Below, in pieces: positions 60,146 to 64,000 of a DNA stretch of 64,000 nt. Each line of letters starts with the position of its first letter. The stretch's first letter is position 1. Origin of the DNA: a virus; IMG/VR virus record IMGVR_UViG_3300030329_003334, positions 1 through 64,000 of that record. One strand, 5' to 3'. The notes beneath the pieces are model-generated. The model was not told the origin of the DNA. It saw nothing but the letters and a program-made list of their open reading frames with translations, and ran no database searches. A program made the translations under genes and the position numbers.

Positions 60146-60742
60146 TTAATACCTGTAATGTCCTGTTATTTTCCAATCAAATAAACAATCTTCAATTACT
60201 TGTCCATAACCTATGTTATGTATCACTTTGTATTCAGAGTGATAGTTGCTTGGTACATTTACTACTATACCAATATGATTTAATCCTCCTCCTAAATCCC
60301 AGGTTACAATATCACCTGGTAAATATTTAGTTGGATTAGGTATTGTCGGCAATGATTCTCCATATCTTTCAAATAATGTTTGAAGATTTGGTACTCTTCT
60401 ATGATCTATATTTGGATCAACTTTATCATCTGTTAATTGATAACAATTTAGACCTATTTCTCTAGTGTACTTAATATCTTCATGTATTAATTGTTGTAAA
60501 TCAATACCTAATTTCCTATAAGCTCTTATAACAACGTCAGTACATACACCTATGTTATCTGGTACATCACCCATTGGATAATCTATTGCATAATAAGAAC
60601 CATCATACTTTATAGTCCAATCTTCCAATGATTTCGCTGCTACTGCTAATTTATCATAAAAGCTAGGATTGTCTTGTGCATTTATATTTAAAAATATAAA
60701 TAAACAATAACTAATAATCAATAAAATTCTATTCGTTTTCAT
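60146..60742 (-). CDS. DUF1287 (YijF-like) secreted protein
   Basis: Signal peptide INA-Q; GVCTDVVIRAYR, IDHRRVPNL, GDIVTW, HIGIV, HNIG. Confidence 0.9.
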   Translation of the reverse strand: MKTNRILLIISYCLFIFLNINAQDNPSFYDKLAVAAKSLEDWTIKYDGSYYAIDYPMGDVPDNIGVCTDVVIRAYRKLGIDLQQLIHEDIKYTREIGLNCYQLTDDKVDPNIDHRRVPNLQTLFERYGESLPTIPNPTKYLPGDIVTWDLGGGLNHIGIVVNVPSNYHSEYKVIHNIGYGQVIEDCLFDWKITGHYRY

Positions 60743-60890
60743 GATTTCTTTTGTGTTTATCCTTCCTGTTATAAGCCTTCTTACTTTTATGTACTCTAGA
60801 TGAGGGAGGCCTTATACCTAATTCTAGATCAACTCTTCTTCTTATTGCTCTTTTTCTCTTTATACTTAGTCTTTTATTTTCTCGTGCCAT
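60729..60890 (-). CDS. Basic 53-aa peptide with ArfA-like motif (not in ORF track)
   Basis: MARENKRLSIKRKRAIRRRVDLELGIRPPSSRVHKSKKAYNRKDKHKRNHENE; AGAAATCATG start context. Confidence 0.7.
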   Translation of the reverse strand: MARENKRLSIKRKRAIRRRVDLELGIRPPSSRVHKSKKAYNRKDKHKRNHENE

Positions 60891-60901
60891 GATTTCTTTT
60901 T

Positions 60902-60991
60902 TTATTTATCATCATTACATACTGAATATACTATACATACTAGTAATAGCATTACTACTGCAGTAATTATAAGTGGTGGTAATATTGTCAT
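60902..60991 (-). CDS. Membrane peptide, 29 aa (not in ORF track)
   Basis: MTILPPLIITAVVMLLLVCIVYSVCNDDK. Confidence 0.55.
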   Translation of the reverse strand: MTILPPLIITAVVMLLLVCIVYSVCNDDK

Positions 60992-61010
60992 ATCATTTAA
61001 ATATTAATAT

Positions 61011-61174
61011 AAAAAGAACAGTACTAATAAATCCATGTATCTTAGCGGTATTTATAAAGTATTTTCTTGAATTTAATCAAGACGTTTTATACTATTTATA
61101 TCTACGGTTATAAATAATAATCACTGATCAAGTGATATTTAAACTAACTGTTCAATGTCACACCTAAATGTGAC
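61011..61174 (-). ncRNA. Multibranch structured element + U5
   Basis: GAACAGU/ACUGUUC closing stem; inner AUCACU/AGUGAU, UAUUUAUA/UAUAAAUA, UCUUGA/UCAAGA; leading GUCACA/UGUGAC hairpin. Confidence 0.6.
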
Positions 61175-61178
61175 TAGT

Positions 61179-61388
61179 TTATTTTATTCTTTTGTTTTTA
61201 TTTGGGATTATATCTGCATATGCAAACACAGCAGCTGCAAATAAAAAGATTAATGAGTAGATTAAACAGAAATTACTCTGAAATGACCCACTGTTAGATC
61301 CATATAATCCTACATACATTAATAAGAATGCCTGTATAACAGACATGATTGATCCTATTATGTATTTGTTCTTACTTATTTTCTTCAT
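61179..61388 (-). CDS. Two-TM small membrane protein
   Basis: Two hydrophobic helices. Confidence 0.7.
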   Translation of the reverse strand: MKKISKNKYIIGSIMSVIQAFLLMYVGLYGSNSGSFQSNFCLIYSLIFLFAAAVFAYADIIPNKNKRIK

Positions 61389-61424
61389 GATTACTCTTTT
61401 TATAGTCTTTTATTCTATTAAATT

Positions 61425-61513
61425 AAAGAGTACACAATAGTAATGTCCCACAGAGTTATTACTTCAGTGTGGAACTGTGTTTGTCCTCTCCATTACTATT
61501 GTGATTACTCTTT
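61425..61513 (-). ncRNA. Long stem-loop (8 + 13 bp), RNase III-site-like
   Basis: AAAGAGTA.CACAATAGTAATG / CATTACTATTGTG..TACTCTTT. Confidence 0.6.
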
Positions 61514-61560
61514 ATGTTATTGCTATACTATATTAATGTATAGTGTTGTATGTTGTATTA

Positions 61561-61606
61561 AAAAACAAGTGAAATACCCCTGTTGAGAGGTATAACACTC
61601 GTTTTT
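61561..61606 (-). terminator. Terminator-like hairpin
   Basis: AAAAACGAGUG..AUACCUCU-CAAC-AGGGGUAU..CACUUGUUUUU; G-U pairs on - strand. Confidence 0.65.
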
Positions 61607-61724
61607 GTTCAGATTAAGCATTAACTGTTCGATTCTTAACCAAATCAATGGAAGAACGGATGCATAGCTTCCGTATAATCTGTTATATTCTACTTATAGT
61701 AGTAAGAGTTTGAGCAAAGCTCTC

Positions 61725-61967
61725 TTACGAGAACTTTAACCACGTGAACTCAATCACTTCACCAGTTTCTTCGTCCGTGACTGAAGAGACTTCAGTGTGA
61801 ACTTTAGTTGCGCCTTCAATATTGAGATAGTCGCCTATCTCAGGATTGATGCCTTCCTTCAAGTTGGTGAAGCCAACTGTAGATTGAATAATGTCACCCA
61901 TTTGTTGCTCAACGGCAACAGTGGCTGCTTTGCCACTTTCTGATACATACAAAACTTTTGCTTTCAT
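61725..61967 (-). CDS. First gene of the leftward block, small beta protein
   Basis: 80 aa; visibly higher GC than the rest of the window. Confidence 0.75.
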   Translation of the reverse strand: MKAKVLYVSESGKAATVAVEQQMGDIIQSTVGFTNLKEGINPEIGDYLNIEGATKVHTEVSSVTDEETGEVIEFTWLKFS

Positions 61968-62109
61968 AATTTCGATTTTAGAATTTCATACGGGGACTAT
62001 CCCCGCACAAAACTGAGTGGGAGTCTTTGATAGTGGTGGTTTATGATCTCGAATATATATATATTTTTATTTTTTTTCTTCAAAATTTTTTTTTAGAATT
62101 TTTTTATTG

Positions 62110-62117
62110 TATATTTG
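62110..62117 (+). promoter_or_regulatory. Bacteroidota -7 box upstream of candidate sRNA
   Basis: TATATTTG(CA) after a T-rich tract. Confidence 0.6.
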
Positions 62118-62121
62118 CATA

Positions 62122-62330
62122 TCATTAGTTTATAACTAAGACACCTCGCCAGGAGAAAAAAGGGTTTAATGAAGCGGGGCAACTACGTCTTATGATATAT
62201 ACAAATCATACTATATATCACAACTGTTCTTAATTGAACAGAAAAGATCCATGGAGATCTCTTCTTCGGAAGTTCTTGGGAAAATTCAAACGGCACAAAA
62301 AAATCGGGTGGGGGATAAGGTGTCGTGTAT
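62122..62330 (+). ncRNA. Stand-alone structured RNA candidate (~200 nt)
   Basis: GACACCU/AGGUGUC closing stem, four inner hairpins including C(UUCG)G; own promoter; no ORF. Confidence 0.65.
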
Positions 62331-62360
62331 CTAGTAGAAGTATAAATACTTAATAAAAGT

Positions 62361-62391
62361 TTTGGTAATTAAAATAAATGTTATATATTTG
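62361..62391 (+). promoter_or_regulatory. Consensus Bacteroidota sigma70 promoter
   Basis: TTTG-N19-TATATTTG. Confidence 0.85.
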
Positions 62392-62414
62392 CATTGAATT
62401 GCTATATAATAGTT

Positions 62415-62792
62415 ATGAAAAGATTGAAGAAACAGAATGTTAATAGAAAAGAGTTCTACCCACAATATCTTAAATTAGTAAATGTGATATTGCCTAAACC
62501 TCTTACTGCAAAGGAGATTGAAATACTGTCTGCTTTTATGGAGTTAGAGGGGGATTTAGTGGAAAGTGATAGATTCGGAACTCAGGCTAGAAAACTTGTT
62601 AGGGAGAAATTTGGGTTTAAGAAACATTCTAATATAGACAATTATATAAAATATTTTAAAAGAAAGGGGATTTTGTATATTGATAAATCTGATAATAAGT
62701 TAAAAGTTATTGGAAGTATTGATATACCTAAAGAAGAAAAAGAAGTCGAGTTATCATTTAATTTTACATTTAGTGATGGAGGAAATAAGTAA
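62415..62792 (+). CDS. Putative winged-helix DNA-binding protein (start MKRLKK)
   Basis: LTAKEIEILS...RKLVREKFG...NYIKYFKRKGIL. Confidence 0.6.
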   Translation: MKRLKKQNVNRKEFYPQYLKLVNVILPKPLTAKEIEILSAFMELEGDLVESDRFGTQARKLVREKFGFKKHSNIDNYIKYFKRKGILYIDKSDNKLKVIGSIDIPKEEKEVELSFNFTFSDGGNK

Positions 62793-63006
62793 AAATACTG
62801 GAATAGATAGTCTTATCCAAATGGGTAAAGAAGAAGCCATTGAAAAAAGAGGTAATGCAAAGTTTTTAATTATAAATCCTTTAGGGTCTATGGTTTTAAA
62901 AGAAATACTAGCACTTGAAGATACTATGGAATTACCTAAGTTTTATAAGGGATTAGAGGTAGTTTATACAATAGATCAGTATGAAGAAGTCGCAAGAGTT
63001 TATTAA
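62776..63006 (+). CDS. Hypothetical protein (start MEEISK)
   Basis: Overlapping chain. Confidence 0.55.
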   Translation: MEEISKNTGIDSLIQMGKEEAIEKRGNAKFLIINPLGSMVLKEILALEDTMELPKFYKGLEVVYTIDQYEEVARVY

Positions 63007-63241
63007 AAATTTGGCAGAAGAGAAAAATTTACCTATCTTTGCAATAGATAAAGTTATTAAGCATCAATTTAGATTCTTAAAAAAATGTATGCAGAGTGAT
63101 GAATTACCTAATATTTATTTAAAAAATTTAGGGAGATTTAAGGTAAAGTTAAAAAGATTAGAATGGATGATAGAGCAAATAGATGATAAAAAAGAATTAG
63201 ATAAACTAAATAAAGCAAAAAATGCCAGGGAAAAAAAATAA
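62981..63241 (+). CDS. IHF/HU-like protein
   Basis: IKNLAEE...VIKHQFRF...IYLKNLGRFKVK. Confidence 0.75.
   Translation: MKKSQEFIKNLAEEKNLPIFAIDKVIKHQFRFLKKCMQSDELPNIYLKNLGRFKVKLKRLEWMIEQIDDKKELDKLNKAKNAREKK
63010..63041 (+). promoter_or_regulatory. Internal consensus promoter
   Basis: TTTG-N20-TATCTTTG(CA) inside the IHF-like gene. Confidence 0.5.
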
Positions 63242-63455
63242 TGATATAAGTAATGAAGCTATAAATTTAGCTACTACTTATTGGGAGAGTAAAAAAAATG
63301 ATTCATCTAGTTTATTACTTGATCTTATAGAAGACGCTGCAGATGATACTATGGAAAGATATGAAGCTAAAATGAGAAAAGCTGTAAATGAATTTCATCA
63401 AGCTAATGATATATTAACTATTTTAAATAACGTAAAAAATGACAGAAAAAAATAA
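63222..63455 (+). CDS. Hypothetical protein
   Basis: 77 aa. Confidence 0.6.
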   Translation: MPGKKNNDISNEAINLATTYWESKKNDSSSLLLDLIEDAADDTMERYEAKMRKAVNEFHQANDILTILNNVKNDRKK

Positions 63456-63675
63456 ATGCTATTATGATTTTACAAGGAATTTACCGCCAGAAGATGGTAT
63501 AAGTATGGTTATGTGTGGAAAAGGAAGTTGTAAATGTCCTGCTGTGAATATACATAAAGAATTAGAAAAAGTAGTTTTAGGTGGAGAAGAAGAAGGATAT
63601 AGTGTATGGACGAAAGAACAATTTAAAATAATGGTAGAAAATATTAAAAAAGGAGAATTCGATGAGTATATTTAA
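63439..63675 (+). CDS. Hypothetical protein (C-x4-CxCP motif, DUF397-like pattern)
   Basis: CGKGSCKCPAV...WTKEQFKIMVENIKKGEFD. Confidence 0.6.
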   Translation: MTEKNKCYYDFTRNLPPEDGISMVMCGKGSCKCPAVNIHKELEKVVLGGEEEGYSVWTKEQFKIMVENIKKGEFDEYI

Positions 63676-64000
63676 AAACATTAAAGACGGCTGGACTAAT
63701 TATATGAAAGCCTTTGGAGACTATCACGGAGAAAAGGTAAGTCCTCAAGTAGAAAAGATAGCTAGAGAAAGAGCTGATATTTGTAAAGGATGTCCTGAAT
63801 TAAAAGAATCAGGATTTTATAAACTAGTAGATAAAGTAATAAATAGAATAGACGGCACGAAAGATCATAAAAAGGTTTTACATCGTGCTGAAACTCCTAC
63901 AGTAGCTGATGAAAGCATGTGGGATGGAAGAACGTATAAGTGTGGACAATGTGGTTGTCAATTTCCTGCTAATGTATATTCTCCTGGTAAAACGTGTCCT
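63662..64000 (+). CDS. Cys-rich DUF6171-like protein, 3'-partial (not in ORF track)
   Basis: MSIFKNIKDGW...RADICKGC...CGQCGC...KTCP; frame open to window end. Confidence 0.75.
   Translation, partial: MSIFKNIKDGWTNYMKAFGDYHGEKVSPQVEKIARERADICKGCPELKESGFYKLVDKVINRIDGTKDHKKVLHRAETPTVADESMWDGRTYKCGQCGCQFPANVYSPGKTCP

Larger units (their letters stand above)
1..64000. mobile_element. crAss-like bacteriophage genome segment (Bacteroidota host)
   Basis: Ring-IHF-ring-muzzle-cargo-giant RNAP gene order; DFDID RNAP motif; crAss-type primase; strand-segregated modules; no host housekeeping genes. Confidence 0.93.

Noticed and set aside
1-64000. Stop-codon reassignment, as in some crAss-like clades
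   Set aside because: Very long ORFs are intact in code 11, and TAG/TGA end genes at sensible boundaries (e.g. 2298, 9729)

Overview
AT-rich window from a crAss-like (Crassvirales-type) phage genome, standard genetic code. The host is almost certainly a Bacteroidota/Flavobacteria cell, since Bacteroidota TTTG-N19/20-TAnnTTTG promoters and a T9SS sorting domain are present. The + strand block 1-40230 holds late/virion genes: a partial Cys-repeat protein with T9SS C-terminal domain, a metallophosphoesterase, small beta-sandwich paralogues, ring proteins, an IHF-like protein, the muzzle, cargo proteins and three large ejection proteins. The largest (4528 aa) is a virion RNA polymerase polyprotein with the DFDID motif, a zincin and a SLOG domain. 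A convergent terminator at about 40260 separates this block from the - strand block 40331-61967. That block encodes VWA + MoxR, PD-(D/E)xK nuclease, RusA-like resolvase, primase, SSB, AAA_24 ATPase, DnaB, SF2 helicase, PolA and many small early and membrane proteins. After a divergent switch at about 62000, + strand genes resume (wHTH-like, IHF-like, Cys-rich). The main unexplained signal is a set of about ten elaborate intergenic RNA folds on the - strand, one with a perfect kissing loop on a terminator. Other notable items are a stand-alone promoter-driven structured RNA at 62122-62330 and an unannotated ArfA-like peptide. All calls come from manual motif reading; no searches or folding programs were run.
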